From positions 2,294,001 to 2,358,000 of the forward strand of contig AP024665.1 of assembly GCA_024346625.1 (NCBI GenBank): a stretch of 64,000 nt of DNA, given 5' to 3'. Numbering within the stretch: position 1 is the stretch's first letter; every line of letters starts with the position of its first letter. Of the stretch, positions 12,541 to 24,091 are shown piece after piece. A program made the position numbers and the translations under genes. Under the pieces are notes generated by a model. That model was given only the letters and a program-made list of their open reading frames with translations. It made no database searches and was not told where the DNA came from. This DNA comes from Williopsis jadinii. Lineage: Eukaryota.

Positions 12541-14743
12541 TGCTGGTTATTTTCGAGTCTGCGAAACAGAAAAGTATCCACTTGGTTGAAAGTGTATGAC
12601 GAGAAGAAGAAGGAGAAGAAGAAGGAGAAGGAGAAGGGAAGAAAGAGGAAAAGAAATGAACAAAACACCCCTTGATTAAATTTCCAAAAAATTTCGAAAA
12701 GTTCATGATACGTCTACCACCGTACGGCAGTGCCCACGGTTTTCCCTCTGGGGCCTAACTACGCACTCGCAGCGAGCCAATTCTGCTCTTTTACGTGGGA
12801 TAGGAGGGATGGCATGGGAGGGCTAGGCGGAACAGCGTGGGCAGGCTAGGCGGAACCCATACGCCCTAACGGGGACAATTTCAGAACCGGGGGGAAAGGA
12901 GAAAAAAATAATCGTGCTGGGGGCAGAAAACCTGGAGAAGCACAGGCAGAGACAGGCAGAGAAGAGCCCCAGCTAGGCGGCGCACCGTGTTCGTCTAACT
13001 CTGGTGCTGGTGCCAGTGCTGGTGCCGGAGTAGCGCAATTGGTCCAAGCTATTCAGCCCACGAGGGTGTAGCTGGTGTATTCTACTTGGGCGGCGCCCAA
13101 GTGCTCGTTGCCTCCTCTGCCAACACATCTCCCCCTATTTTAGCCAGGCTACAACGGCGAGGGGGAGAGACGCACAGTTAGGAGCGTTTCCTCCCTGCCC
13201 AGCTGCCCAGCTGCCCAGGGGTTTCCCGCGGTGTGTGCGTGCGTGGGAGCTCTGCCCGACGTTTTTCTCGCCAGCCTCGGGCGCGCGAATAAGGACCAGG
13301 TTTACCCGGTGGGAGCGAACGTGGCTTTTTTGCGCTGTGGTACCGTTGTCAAATTTACTTCCAATGCTGTGGGTATGTGGGGGTGGTTTGGTGGTGGTGG
13401 TGGGCTCAATTGGCCAGAGTGGACAGGCATCACACAGCGAGCGATGTAGACGGAGCCGGAATGCAGCGATTTGATTGGCCCATTCCGGCAACGGGTCATT
13501 TGCCCACAGTGTACAAAAGGAAGCGTGGTCATCGGTCGCCGTGGAATCGAACAACTTTATCGTCTGGTTCCACTTTGATTTCGGCTTCTCCAGGTTTGTC
13601 ACATCATCTTCCACCGTCCCCGTCGCCTCAGCCTCTCGTGCCATCGTCAATGGCTGTGGCCAGTTTTTTCCTCCCGTCGTGGGCGTCTCTGCCTCCAATC
13701 GCGCTGTGCTGCGCGTGTCAAACGGTCAGAAGTGGCCAGGATCCGGTTTCTGTACGGGCACCGACGAACACGCAGCGTGGGCGCGCATTGGCGGAATTTG
13801 GCACGGACTGGGGCTCTTTAGGGAAGAACAGCATTTGCAGAGAGAGCAGGTTCGAGGAGGCCATTGGGCTGTTTTTATATTACGTCTACACCGTTGATGC
13901 TGCTACTCCACTTTACCCCTCTCAGCGGATTCTTTGACTGCGTACTGGCCCCTCTTTGTTTGAAAGTGTAGCAGATACCCACACTTTTGATTGCGATTGA
14001 GCCATCAGGTCATCTGTGCCCATAACTTCAAGGGCGATTCAGGATCAGCTGAACTACCCGACTTCTTTCGGATCCATTTTGACGAATGGTGCAATTTGTG
14101 TTCACTGACCTCGTAGGATAAACGGATCTCAGGGCTCCCCTAATCTCTCGCTCTACAGAATACTTGGTTCGGTGCTATGGAAACTTTGGCGGAAACAGCA
14201 GCATCGCAGCCATACATGGGCGCACAAGTTCCAGAGGACAATGGATGGTGGTTGTCTCCCACACCTGGGACGACAACCTCAAGGACTCCGAGTTCATTAG
14301 ACGTGGAGGTCACACAGAGTGCACTCGCACCGTGGATACAGCGAAACCCGGCCCCCGTCCAGCTCCACACCGTAGAGTGTTGACATCCTGTGAGTGTTGG
14401 AGAAGTGGCTTGCACAGTCTGCACGGGCTGAATGGAGATAGAGACACCCGAACACCACGTTACTAATGGATTTCATAAGCAGAATAGATTATGTAAGCAG
14501 AACGAACTCTGGAGGTCAGGGTAACCCACATCTCGAGCGATTCCGCTTTCGGTAACTAGGAACCACACCACTGAAATTGAAGAAAGGAGCCATGTGCCAT
14601 TTTTACTCTCATTTTTATTCCCATCTCCACTTTCACGTCAGTCACCACGTTGTCTTATCTTCATGGTTAATTACCTTCAGCAGTGGTTGTTGTTGACTGT
14701 TTAACCGTTCAAAGCATAACCAAACACACACTGTCAATCTGCG

Positions 14744-14899
14744 ATGTCACTCGAAGTTGGTGAGATTTACAACGAAATCAACTGTTCTTCGGACAGTTTG
14801 CACAACACTTTGGTGGCTAGTTGGACCAAGCTGAAGAAGCACTACATCGAGTCGAACAAGAAGGATGAAATCAAACAGGTCAACGAAGAGAAGAAGTAG
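14744..14899 (+). CDS. Putative 51-aa small protein MSLEVGEIYNEINCSSDSLHNTLVASWTKLKKHYIESNKKDEIKQVNEEKK
   Basis: ATG to TAG, below the ORF-track cutoff; strong codon bias (5/5 Asn AAC, 7/8 Lys AAG, 2/2 Tyr TAC); A/C-rich leader. Confidence 0.55.
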   Translation: MSLEVGEIYNEINCSSDSLHNTLVASWTKLKKHYIESNKKDEIKQVNEEKK

Positions 14900-15337
14900 T
14901 GTACTTCACCAGATGTGGCTGGCCAACAGCACGTGCGTCACGGTTCCATATAGTTCTCTTGAAGAAAGCAATGTGCCTTCGGCTCGGCTCACCTACACAT
15001 CGAGCTCATCTGTCGTTTAGGTAGAACCAGGCTGAATAATAGTTGAAGTGTATGGGCACACACACAACTTTATATACACTCGTATACGAATATTTTGGGT
15101 GGGAGGGTAACTTTATATAATAGCGGTTCGGTTTGAGGAATAGATTTGATACAAAAGACTTTAATACAATATCTGTCTAAATGTATTTGATGTAGTGGTT
15201 GCGCTGGCGACGGTTGTGGGCCCCTGTTTTCGCGAAATGTTGAGAGTTTAGAAATTACACAAAGTCGATCGAGCAAAACGTCAACATTGGAAAACACCGT
15301 ACACTCACTGTTTGGGAATACGCCAGACATTGGGAAG

Positions 15338-17560
15338 ATGAGCGATACACCGGTGCCTTCATCACCGACAGAGTCGCCGAGGGACTCGCCGGTGCCTTCT
15401 GCAAAGAAGAAACAGCAGTCCAATGCGAACTCAAGCGCTGCTAGTAAGAAGATCAGTGCCGAAGCATTGGAACGTCGTCGTGCTGGTCGTATTAAGGCTG
15501 CTGAGACCATGGCTGCGAAGATCAAGAAGTCCGGTATTGAAAGAAGAGACAACAAAGTGAAGTACTCAGTGTTTGAGAATGTGTCGGTGATCAACCAGAA
15601 GAACTACTTCACGGATTATCTCAAGAAGGATGATCAGGTTTACGTGTTGAGGGAGAGGAAGCTGTTGAGGCAGAGCGTGATGGCTGCAAACAAGGCCAAC
15701 AAGCAGGGGACTTCCACTCCAGCGTTGGATGATGATGAGGAGGAGGACCAGGATGATGAAGAGGACTCTGTGATTGATGAACGTGCAGGTCAGCGTACCG
15801 TTGTGATCCACCCAGGTTCCAAGAACATTAGAATTGGACTAGCATCAGATGTGTATCCCAAGAGTTTCCCATTTGTATTGGGAATCCCGGGTAAACCCGA
15901 ACCAAATCCGTTGACAACCCATGAATTAGATGAAACTGAGCAGGAGGAATACGATACAAATAGGAAATTGCTTACGAGGGATTTCAAAGAGAGAATGAAG
16001 TATTACAAGAGAAGAGTCATTCCAAATTCTAATGAAATCACTTCAAATTTCAACAAAAAGGTCAAACCAGAGATCATTCCAGAACACAATGACGTTCATA
16101 AAGTGGAATTTATCAAACCAGGTAAAGACACGAAATACCTTATCGGTGAAGATGCGTTGAGAATGGATTCCCCGGATTATAAGTTACGTTATCCGCTTTT
16201 GACTAACGGTCGGTTCAATGAAAATGCGTACAACTCTTTCCAGGAGAACATTGGTGAAATTCAACTATTCCTATCGCAAGTTTTGGAGAAATCTTTTGAA
16301 ATAACAGCAGTTAAACAGTACAAGACAGTGCTAATAGTACCTGATCTCTACGATAGAATTTACGTCGAGTCGTTTATTGCGCTATTGTTACAAATGGGAT
16401 TTCAAGGTGTCGCCGTTATTCAAGAGTCGCTTGCAGCCACTTATGGTGCTGGTGTTTCTTCTGCTTGTGTCATTGATATTGGTGCACAAACTACAAAGGT
16501 TTCGTGTATTGATGAAGGTCTGGTGATCCCAGATTCCCGTGCAGTGGTTCAGTATGGTGGTGATGACATTACCAGACTCTTCTACAAACTCCTCAAGGAA
16601 GCACAATTCCCTGCGTCTATGGATGAAAACTTTCCATTCGAATGGACAGAGATGGAACAACTAAAGGAAAAGTTTATCACTTTCCAAGATGCAAATATAA
16701 CGGTCCAGCTGTATAACTTCATGAAACGTTATCCAAACAAGTTGAGTGAAAAATACGAATTCAAAGTTTTTGACGAGGTGATATTATCACCATTGGCTTT
16801 GTTCTTTCCCAAGTGTTTTAACAAGTTGAAAGACTGGAAAGACCACAGACTATCCAAATCACAATCTTTCGACATCTATACTTGTGAACCAGATAACCCC
16901 AAATCTCTGACCCAGTTGAACGTGCTTGATGAATCTTTGTATGCAGATGATGACGATAAGGAGGTTCTGGATAAGCTGATCCAACAGTTGAATCCAGATG
17001 CTGGTGCCGACTCTGACTATCCAACAATGGCACCATTGGAAAAGCTAATCATCCAGTCCATCACTAATGCATGTCGTTCACTGGAGGACTTCACCAAGTC
17101 CAAGGTGTTTTATTCAAACCTTTTGATTGTTGGCGGCTCTTCCAAGATCGAGGCCTTGGACTTTGTATTGACGGACCGCATAAACATCTGGAGACCAAAG
17201 CTACTGGCGTTACAACAGCTACCGGATTTCCTCAAACAAGTGGAACAACTCATCAACGACTTTAACAAAACCAACGAGATGAGCAAGCTAACCACCGAAG
17301 AGGAGATCGAGCCTTTACAGAAGAAGATTGATACCTTGGTGGAACGTGAACTGACCAAGTTCTTGGACAACGTCAACGCTTCTCTTTCACCTGTGGAAGT
17401 ATTACCAGCACCTAGAGATATTGATCCGAGTGTATTGACTTGGAAAGGAGGCTCGGTCTTTGCAAGGTTGAAACTCATCGAAGAGCTTTGGGTCACAGAG
17501 ACAGACTGGGACCTCCTGGGTAGCAGAGTTCTACAGCACAAGACACTATGGAACTATTAA
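15338..17560 (+). CDS. ARP8: Actin-related protein 8 (INO80 complex)
   Basis: INQKNYFTDYLKKDDQ N-terminal motif, VVIHPGSKNIRIG, IDIGAQTTKVSCIDEG, TWKGGSVF; start set at first ATG. Confidence 0.93.
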   Translation: MSDTPVPSSPTESPRDSPVPSAKKKQQSNANSSAASKKISAEALERRRAGRIKAAETMAAKIKKSGIERRDNKVKYSVFENVSVINQKNYFTDYLKKDDQVYVLRERKLLRQSVMAANKANKQGTSTPALDDDEEEDQDDEEDSVIDERAGQRTVVIHPGSKNIRIGLASDVYPKSFPFVLGIPGKPEPNPLTTHELDETEQEEYDTNRKLLTRDFKERMKYYKRRVIPNSNEITSNFNKKVKPEIIPEHNDVHKVEFIKPGKDTKYLIGEDALRMDSPDYKLRYPLLTNGRFNENAYNSFQENIGEIQLFLSQVLEKSFEITAVKQYKTVLIVPDLYDRIYVESFIALLLQMGFQGVAVIQESLAATYGAGVSSACVIDIGAQTTKVSCIDEGLVIPDSRAVVQYGGDDITRLFYKLLKEAQFPASMDENFPFEWTEMEQLKEKFITFQDANITVQLYNFMKRYPNKLSEKYEFKVFDEVILSPLALFFPKCFNKLKDWKDHRLSKSQSFDIYTCEPDNPKSLTQLNVLDESLYADDDDKEVLDKLIQQLNPDAGADSDYPTMAPLEKLIIQSITNACRSLEDFTKSKVFYSNLLIVGGSSKIEALDFVLTDRINIWRPKLLALQQLPDFLKQVEQLINDFNKTNEMSKLTTEEEIEPLQKKIDTLVERELTKFLDNVNASLSPVEVLPAPRDIDPSVLTWKGGSVFARLKLIEELWVTETDWDLLGSRVLQHKTLWNY

Positions 17561-17982
17561 GAGTACGTTATAGTACTTCTAATACTTGAGTCGCTCACCA
17601 CTGTTGTGTAGTAAATCGTAGAACGAATGCGCCAAAAACACACTAATCGGGAAATTGCCAATAAAGGAAATACAGCACGCGCGTCTGTCACAAACGGCGA
17701 AAAAGAAACGAAACGCAAAAACCACAAAAGCGAAAGTTCGGGAATTGAATTATTTTTTTCGTTTTGCATTCTCATTGGCTGAAAAGACTAAGGTCAAAAT
17801 TCTTTCAATTCTATTGTTCTCTCCAATAAACAGAAACCATCTTGTGAATATCCGTTCGATTTGGATTAGTTAGCTGCTACTTTTTGCTTGTTGCAGGTTC
17901 TATAGTGTGTGGTTTGCTTCAACAGTGAGCTGAAAGAACTAGCCTGTTACCCCGGGTGATATTGTGACATATTACACGAGCT

Positions 17983-19512
17983 ATGATGATCTCACGGAGT
18001 GTCATGTGCTCTCTGAGGAGTTCAGTGAGCTCTGTTGCAAAGAAGAGGACCCATACGCTGGTGCAATGTAAGAGATTCAATAACCACATGGTTTTCAGAG
18101 ACCTGAACTACATGAATAAGAGCCAGAGCTTGCCAGTCTTGAGCAAGCAATCGAAGCATTTGGTGTCAAAGTCCACGCTGTCGAGCACTGCACTTGTCAC
18201 CAAGGAGTCTCTACTGTTGCAGGCTGATTCTACGTGGAAGAGAATGGCGATACGGTCGAAATGGGCTCTTATGAAGAACTACCGGCCGTTTAACGCGGAT
18301 GAAGTGAGCGCCATCTTCTCGTGGGTGATATTGAGCCATATTGCTTGGATCATCTTAGGCACAACGACTTTTTTCTCGCTCTTGTTTCTTGGACTGAACT
18401 CACTGTTTGCGAAGGAGATGGTTGGTAACGTGATGGGTAAGATAATCATGTCTTACTACCCAGAGTTCAGCATTGCCTTTGAAGATGCCGTGGTTCCTGA
18501 GTGGGAAAAGGGAATGATTGATTTCAAGAAGGTAAGATTGTCCACAGTTGATAAAGAAGGATTGCAATTGGACTTAACATTCGACTCTATCAAGCTGACT
18601 CTAAGCTTCAAGAAATGGAAGGATTTGAAAGGAATTATTGAAGACGTTGAGATTCAAGGTCTTTCCGGAACTATCGATAGAACCAATATCAACGATGATA
18701 CACCTGAAGTGGATTGGTTTGGCCATACAGAATACGAATTGAACAGTTTGAAGATAACCGACTCTTCGGTCGTGGTTATACAAAAGGAATCAAAACCTTT
18801 AAAGATTGCTCTATTTGATCTCGAGATGCAGAACGTCCGTGCCAATTGGTTGTTGTTGGACATGCTGAACGCAACAAACATATCAGGCACTGTGAACGAT
18901 TCACTATTCACGTTCCATAAACGTCAACATCAACTGGCTTATGTCAACGACATTGCCGACGATCTGAACCCGTGGAAGAGAATCATGCGCCAAAAGTTGG
19001 ATCCAGTTGATATTGAAAGCATTGGATTGATATCTGACAAATTCAACTGGCTAACCAGTGGTAAGATTGAGGTTATTGCTGATTTTATGCCACCAGAGAT
19101 ACCAGAGGGCTCTCACCATAACATGGATTCCAGATATTTGGTTGCAGATTTCAAGTTACAATTTTATGATCTCAAGACCAAGACACCATCAGAAGAGCCC
19201 TGTCTATCAACAGGGGAAAAGATCATCTCCATGGATGAATTGAAGCCATTATTGGCTTATGTAAATAGTAAAGAACATGGTGAGACTCTACCCCCATTAT
19301 CATTCAGAATTGTGAAGAAAGTTGACGAATTGGAGAACGTTTCCACTTTGAAAGAGAGCAAACTGTTGGATTTGATTGCTACAGAGGTGTACATTGAGCT
19401 TCTAAAACATGTTCAAGAGTACGAGATTGAGCAAAGAAACAAAAGAATAGCAGCATGGTCACAAGCAGTGGCTTCACAGCTGGTTGTGGTTGGTCTTGGT
19501 GCCATTGCTTAA
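17983..19512 (+). CDS. MDM32: Mitochondrial inner-membrane distribution and morphology protein (Mdm31/Mdm32 family)
   Basis: RPFNADEVSAIFSW...GTTTFFSL, FEDAVVPEW, SLFTFHKRQ; neighbours match the MDM32 region. Confidence 0.8.
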   Translation: MMISRSVMCSLRSSVSSVAKKRTHTLVQCKRFNNHMVFRDLNYMNKSQSLPVLSKQSKHLVSKSTLSSTALVTKESLLLQADSTWKRMAIRSKWALMKNYRPFNADEVSAIFSWVILSHIAWIILGTTTFFSLLFLGLNSLFAKEMVGNVMGKIIMSYYPEFSIAFEDAVVPEWEKGMIDFKKVRLSTVDKEGLQLDLTFDSIKLTLSFKKWKDLKGIIEDVEIQGLSGTIDRTNINDDTPEVDWFGHTEYELNSLKITDSSVVVIQKESKPLKIALFDLEMQNVRANWLLLDMLNATNISGTVNDSLFTFHKRQHQLAYVNDIADDLNPWKRIMRQKLDPVDIESIGLISDKFNWLTSGKIEVIADFMPPEIPEGSHHNMDSRYLVADFKLQFYDLKTKTPSEEPCLSTGEKIISMDELKPLLAYVNSKEHGETLPPLSFRIVKKVDELENVSTLKESKLLDLIATEVYIELLKHVQEYEIEQRNKRIAAWSQAVASQLVVVGLGAIA

Positions 19513-19662
19513 GACTGGAGGTTTAAAGACGTGATACATGATACATCTGTACGATCAACATTGCTATTTATTAGGCTATTAATTACGAATTTTATGATGC
19601 AAATTATTACACAATCAACGTAAATCATGAATAAATAAGTACTATATACGAGTGAGGGAGTA

Positions 19663-20415
19663 TCATGTTCTCATGTCGCTAAAGGTATCACCACTGTCCA
19701 CTTGTTCCTTTTCTTTCTCCTCTCTTTTTCTCTGTGCTTCTTCGTCACCTCTCTCCACCTTGATTTCGTCAATGTACAGGCTATATTCACCGAATTGGCC
19801 ATCTGTGAGGCCAATTCCCAGGGTCTTGACCCTTGTACGGTCCATTGGTGCCTGGTGCTGGATGATACCACGGTTTGTGAGGACAAAGTCGTCAATTGGG
19901 ATCGTAACCGTTTCCCATTCACCTGGTTTTGTCAGGAACAGACGATGCTGGTAGAGATCGGTAGCCACGGATGTCTGCGATTGGATATTGACAAAGTATT
20001 TACGATGGTCGCCTTTCACCCTGAGCACAACGTTGTGGAAGTTGTCCCAGTCCCAGAACTGGGACTGTGGGAACAGGAAACTGCCGTTTGAAGGCTGGTC
20101 CTTTGTGCGGAACATGGCATATCCACTGTATAGGAACTCGGGCTTGTTAGAAGGCGGGTCCAAGTTCAGCACACCATGGAAGTGGCCAACCCCGCCCTCC
20201 ACATCGAGGTTCACGGTGCTGAACCCACCGAGCTCCTGGTCTGAGCGCGTGATCAAGCCAGAGAGCTGTTCTGGGTTCTTGAAGGAGATCAACGTCTGGA
20301 CAGACTTCACAGGTTGTGGTCTCAGTGCTGCGAACGGATGTTAGTTTGGTGTCATAGCACGATTAACTGTAACAAACATACACCCGGTGATCCTCGATAT
20401 GATTCCCTTAAACAT
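19663..20415 (-). CDS. CIA30: Complex I intermediate-associated protein 30 (NDUFAF1/CIA30); exons 20415-20382 and 20327-19663
   Basis: CIA30 motifs SDQELGGFS, SGYAMFRT, LRVKGDHRKYFVNIQ, DLYQHRLF, GEWETVTIP. Intron GTATGT..AACTAAC..CAG (20381-20328) gives MFKGIISRITGSLRPQPVKS. Confidence 0.9.
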
Positions 20416-20570
20416 TGTACCTCTGGATGGACTGATTGGGTAACAGGGTGATTGGTTATGAAGGGTTTGGGTATGAAGTGTATGAAGTGTATTTAGCGTA
20501 TGGGGGTGTTTGCACTTATTCTCCCCCGGCGTGTGCTTAGGTAAGCAGGATGTGGCCCTACCAGTTCATT

Positions 20571-20608
20571 ACACCCGGACACAACAGCTGGACACCACAC
20601 CCGGACAC
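20571..20608 (+). promoter_or_regulatory. Two Rap1-like sites ACACCCGGACAC between CIA30 and PNS1
   Basis: Identical 12-mers at 20571 and 20597 resembling the Rap1 consensus ACACCCRYACAY. Confidence 0.5.
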
Positions 20609-20996
20609 CACAATTGCCAATTCCGGAATGTTCTGGAAAACCCCGGTGACACGAAACAAAGCGAAAAATACGAAGAGCAGCAGCAACACAGCGCACCTCG
20701 GGTTTATTTTGGGGGGAGAATAACAAATCCTCGTAGCAACCAACATCAAATGTTTTGTTTACATTGTTTTGCTCTCATTTCACCGCATTTCAAGCCATTT
20801 GCTCTGTATCGAGAACGAGTTGCTGTAGCTGCTGAACTGCTGGAAGTCATCTGAAGAAGGAGATTCTGCTGGTGTTGGCTTGTGAAGTTAGAACAGACGA
20901 AGCGCTATTTGGTCTTTGACACTGGAGGCCCTTGCGTGTGATTGAGTATTGTTGTGCTACTTTTGAGAATACCGTTGTATCGAGGAGCTTTGTTCT

Positions 20997-22514
20997 ATGT
21001 CGAACAACTACTACAACCAGCCGCCTCAGTTCACACAGGACGTTGAGTACGGCCATGGCGATGAGAAGCTCAACGTGCCTGAGCCGAACCCGCAGGGCTC
21101 GAGCTTTGACGAGGTGTTCAAGGTTGAGAAGCCGAAATGGCACGATTGGCCGTTCACGGTCTTCTTCTTAGCCACTGTTGGCGGGTTCATCGCTGTTGCG
21201 GTGCTTACGCTGAGAGCATATGCTCAAACTTATAGCGAGCAGGGAAGCGGAATCTACACCAATACAGACACCTTCACGTTGAACTCGAACACGGTGATTC
21301 TGTTTGTATTTGTAACCATTGTTTCCATCTGCATTGCGATGTTCACCTTGGTGATGGCTAGGTTCAATCCAAAGTTCTTCATCCAGCTGAGTATCATCTT
21401 TAACATCATCCTGGGTATTGGTACTGCAATCGCATACTTTGTGATGCACTATTATTCAGCAGCGATTGTGTTTTTGATCTTTACCGTCATATCTGCGTGG
21501 TGTTATTGGAGTCTGAGACACAGAATTCCATTCTCTGCGGAGGTGTTGGCCACGGTTATTGATGTCATGAAGAGCTACAAATCAACGCTTGTTGTCAGTA
21601 CTCTTGGTGCCCTTGTATCGTGGGCTTTCTCCCTGTTGTTCTCCACTGTCATTGTTGCGACCTATATGAAGTACGATGACAAACTGAACAACCCAGGTTG
21701 CAACGTTGAAGGTGGAAGCTGTTCACAGGGTAAACTTATCGGTGTCTTGGTGTTTGTATTCTTTGCCGGTTATTACATCACCGAAGTGATTAGAAACGTT
21801 ATCCACGTTACGATCTCTGGTGTCTATGGTACTTGGTACTACTTGTCAAGATCAGACCAAGGTGAGCCAAAATGGCCTGCATCTGGAGCTTTCAAACGTG
21901 CAATGACTTATTCGTTTGGTTCGATCTGCTTTGGCTCTCTGATCGTTACGTTTGTTGATCTCCTGAAGCAGGGCTTACAAATCCTTCGTGCAAATGTGGT
22001 GTCTGCTGGTGATACGTGCGCCCAGATTGGCTTTTTAATCCTGGACATCTTAATGGGCATCATTGAATGGTTGGCAAGGTTCTTTAACCAATACTCTTAT
22101 TCCTTCATTGCACTTTACGGAGATGGTTACATTACTGCTGCCAAGGCAACGTGGAGATTGATTAGACAAAAGGGCATGGATGCCCTTGTCAATGAGTGCC
22201 TTGTCGGCACCGCCTTGGGATTCTACGCGTTGTTCAACGCCTACGTGTGCTCCCTCTTGGCCTATCTCTACGTGAAACTGACCAAGCCAGCATATAACGA
22301 TGACGGTACGTTCTATGCGCCTATCGTTGCGTTCACTTTCCTCATCGCCATCCAAATCTCCAACATCGTCACACAACCTTTGAAATCCGGCACCTCCACC
22401 TTCTTCGTCGCATTGGCAAAGGACCCAGAGGTTTACCAGCAGAGCTATCCAAACAGGTTCCAGGTGATTGCTCAGACGTACCCGAACGTATTTGACAAGT
22501 TGAGAAGTCGCTGA
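20997..22514 (+). CDS. PNS1: Choline transporter-like (CTL/SLC44) membrane protein
   Basis: About 10 TM segments; PKWHDWPF, HVTISGVYGTWYY, RAMTYSFGSICFGSLIV, FNQYSYSFIALYG. Confidence 0.93.
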   Translation: MSNNYYNQPPQFTQDVEYGHGDEKLNVPEPNPQGSSFDEVFKVEKPKWHDWPFTVFFLATVGGFIAVAVLTLRAYAQTYSEQGSGIYTNTDTFTLNSNTVILFVFVTIVSICIAMFTLVMARFNPKFFIQLSIIFNIILGIGTAIAYFVMHYYSAAIVFLIFTVISAWCYWSLRHRIPFSAEVLATVIDVMKSYKSTLVVSTLGALVSWAFSLLFSTVIVATYMKYDDKLNNPGCNVEGGSCSQGKLIGVLVFVFFAGYYITEVIRNVIHVTISGVYGTWYYLSRSDQGEPKWPASGAFKRAMTYSFGSICFGSLIVTFVDLLKQGLQILRANVVSAGDTCAQIGFLILDILMGIIEWLARFFNQYSYSFIALYGDGYITAAKATWRLIRQKGMDALVNECLVGTALGFYALFNAYVCSLLAYLYVKLTKPAYNDDGTFYAPIVAFTFLIAIQISNIVTQPLKSGTSTFFVALAKDPEVYQQSYPNRFQVIAQTYPNVFDKLRSR

Positions 22515-22721
22515 TTGGAGGAACGCCAACCTATATAACACACCCTAATTCTTAATTTTTAATCGATATCATAACTACAGCATCTCCAACTGGTAAGCAC
22601 AAGCGCACAGTGGAGTGTACATCTACACAGCTCGCATCAGTGAAGACCAAGCACATGCCATCTCATGCTGTTGAGCTGAGAATTGTGACTGGAGACTGCG
22701 TTGACGAGAGGCGCGGTGTGT

Positions 22722-22786
22722 GGTGTTCGGATGTTCAGGGTGTGTCCCCAACCGTGAAAATACAGCTTCCTGTGGTGTCTGGATGT
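22722..22786 (-). promoter_or_regulatory. Tandem Rap1-like UASrpg sites upstream of RPS4
   Basis: Minus-strand ACATCCGAACACC and ACATCCAGACACC, 120-185 bp upstream of a ribosomal protein ATG. Confidence 0.65.
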
Positions 22787-22905
22787 TTTTGCACCGCTCG
22801 GCCATCGACGACTCGCCCACGCCGGCAAGTTTTTGATCAAAGTGAAAAGTTATCTGTCTGCTTCAAACGGGGAGTCGCTGGCTAAACCTTTAGGAATCGT
22901 TGAGA

Positions 22906-23835
22906 ATGGGTAGAGGACCGTAAGTACACCGACGAGGAAGGCATCAGTGCAAGGGTGGTGCTGTTGCTGGTGGAGAGGGAAGCTGCGGATGAAAAGAGGC
23001 ATTCCACCAGCGCAGTGTGGCCGATGATGTTGACTATGCAATTGCCATTACTGACCGCTTGGTGTATAGAAAGAAGCATCTGAAGAGATTGGCAGCTCCA
23101 TCACACTGGTTGCTGGACAAGCTGAGCGGTGTGTACGCACCACGTCCATCTGCTGGACCACACAAGCTTAGAGAGTCGTTGCCATTGATTGTGTTCTTGC
23201 GTAACCGTCTCAAATACGCCCTCAACGGCCGTGAGGTGAAGGCTATATTGATGCAGAGACACGTCAAAGTCGACAACAAGGTCAGAACCGACACCACGTT
23301 CCCAACCGGGTTCATGGACGTGATCACCTTGGAGGCCACCAACGAGAACTTCAGACTGGTGTACGACATCAAGGGAAGATTTGCTGTTCACAGAATCACA
23401 GACGACGAGGCCACCTACAAGCTCGCCAAGGTTAAGAAGGTGCAATTGGGCAAGAGAGGCATTCCTTACGTCGTTACCCATGACGGTAGAACAATTCGTT
23501 ACCCGGACCCAAACATCAAGGTCAACGACACCGTCAAGATCGACTTGACCACGGGTAAGATCTCCGACTTCATCAAGTTCGATACCGGTAAGCTTGTGTA
23601 CGTCATTGGTGGCCGTAACTTGGGCCGTATCGGAACCATTGTCCACCGTGAACGTCACGAGGGTGGCTTCGACCTCGTTCACATCAAGGACTCCCTTGAC
23701 AACACCTTCGTCACCAGATTGGCAAACGTGTTTGTCATTGGCGAGCCTGGCAAGCCATGGATCTCATTGCCAAAGGGCAAGGGTGTTAAGCTCTCCATCT
23801 CCGAGGAACGTGATAGAAGAAGAGCTCAGCAATGA
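22906..23835 (+). CDS. RPS4: 40S ribosomal protein S4 (eS4); exons 22906-22919 and 23070-23835
   Basis: ATGGGTAGAGGACC|GTAAGT...TACTGAC...TAG|A AAG AAG CAT gives [15 protein letters not shown]; remainder is typical eS4. Confidence 0.97.
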
Positions 23836-24091
23836 GCAGAAAAACAGCCCAAGCAGTTACAATTCGTTTTCTATATATAATGATGAATGATTCCATTTCC
23901 TGTCAAAGTTTTCTCACAACGTGCAAAGTAGTTTCGTAAGGTGGAAAACGTGCCCTGATGTATAGTTGCTGTGCTGCTTCCTTTACGCTCGGAAATAGCA
24001 TCTCGAGGTGGAACTTTTCCCTCGAGACAACGTCCAATTGACACACCTTTCCGCAATTGATTCTTCACTAGGATCAAGAGGAGTGTATGCC

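Noticed and set aside
11599..12675. 358-aa ORF antisense to LSC1
   Set aside because: Shadow frame expected from the strong codon bias of the sense gene; no domain, and it ends in a purine-rich simple repeat
13024..13100. tRNA-like 5' end GCCGGAGTAGCGCAATTGGT
   Set aside because: No anticodon stem pairing, no T-loop GTTCRA and no acceptor stem complement
13135..14466. Several overlapping 68-187 aa ORFs in the LSC1-ARP8 interval
   Set aside because: GC-rich sequence gives open frames on both strands; no codon bias or recognisable motifs
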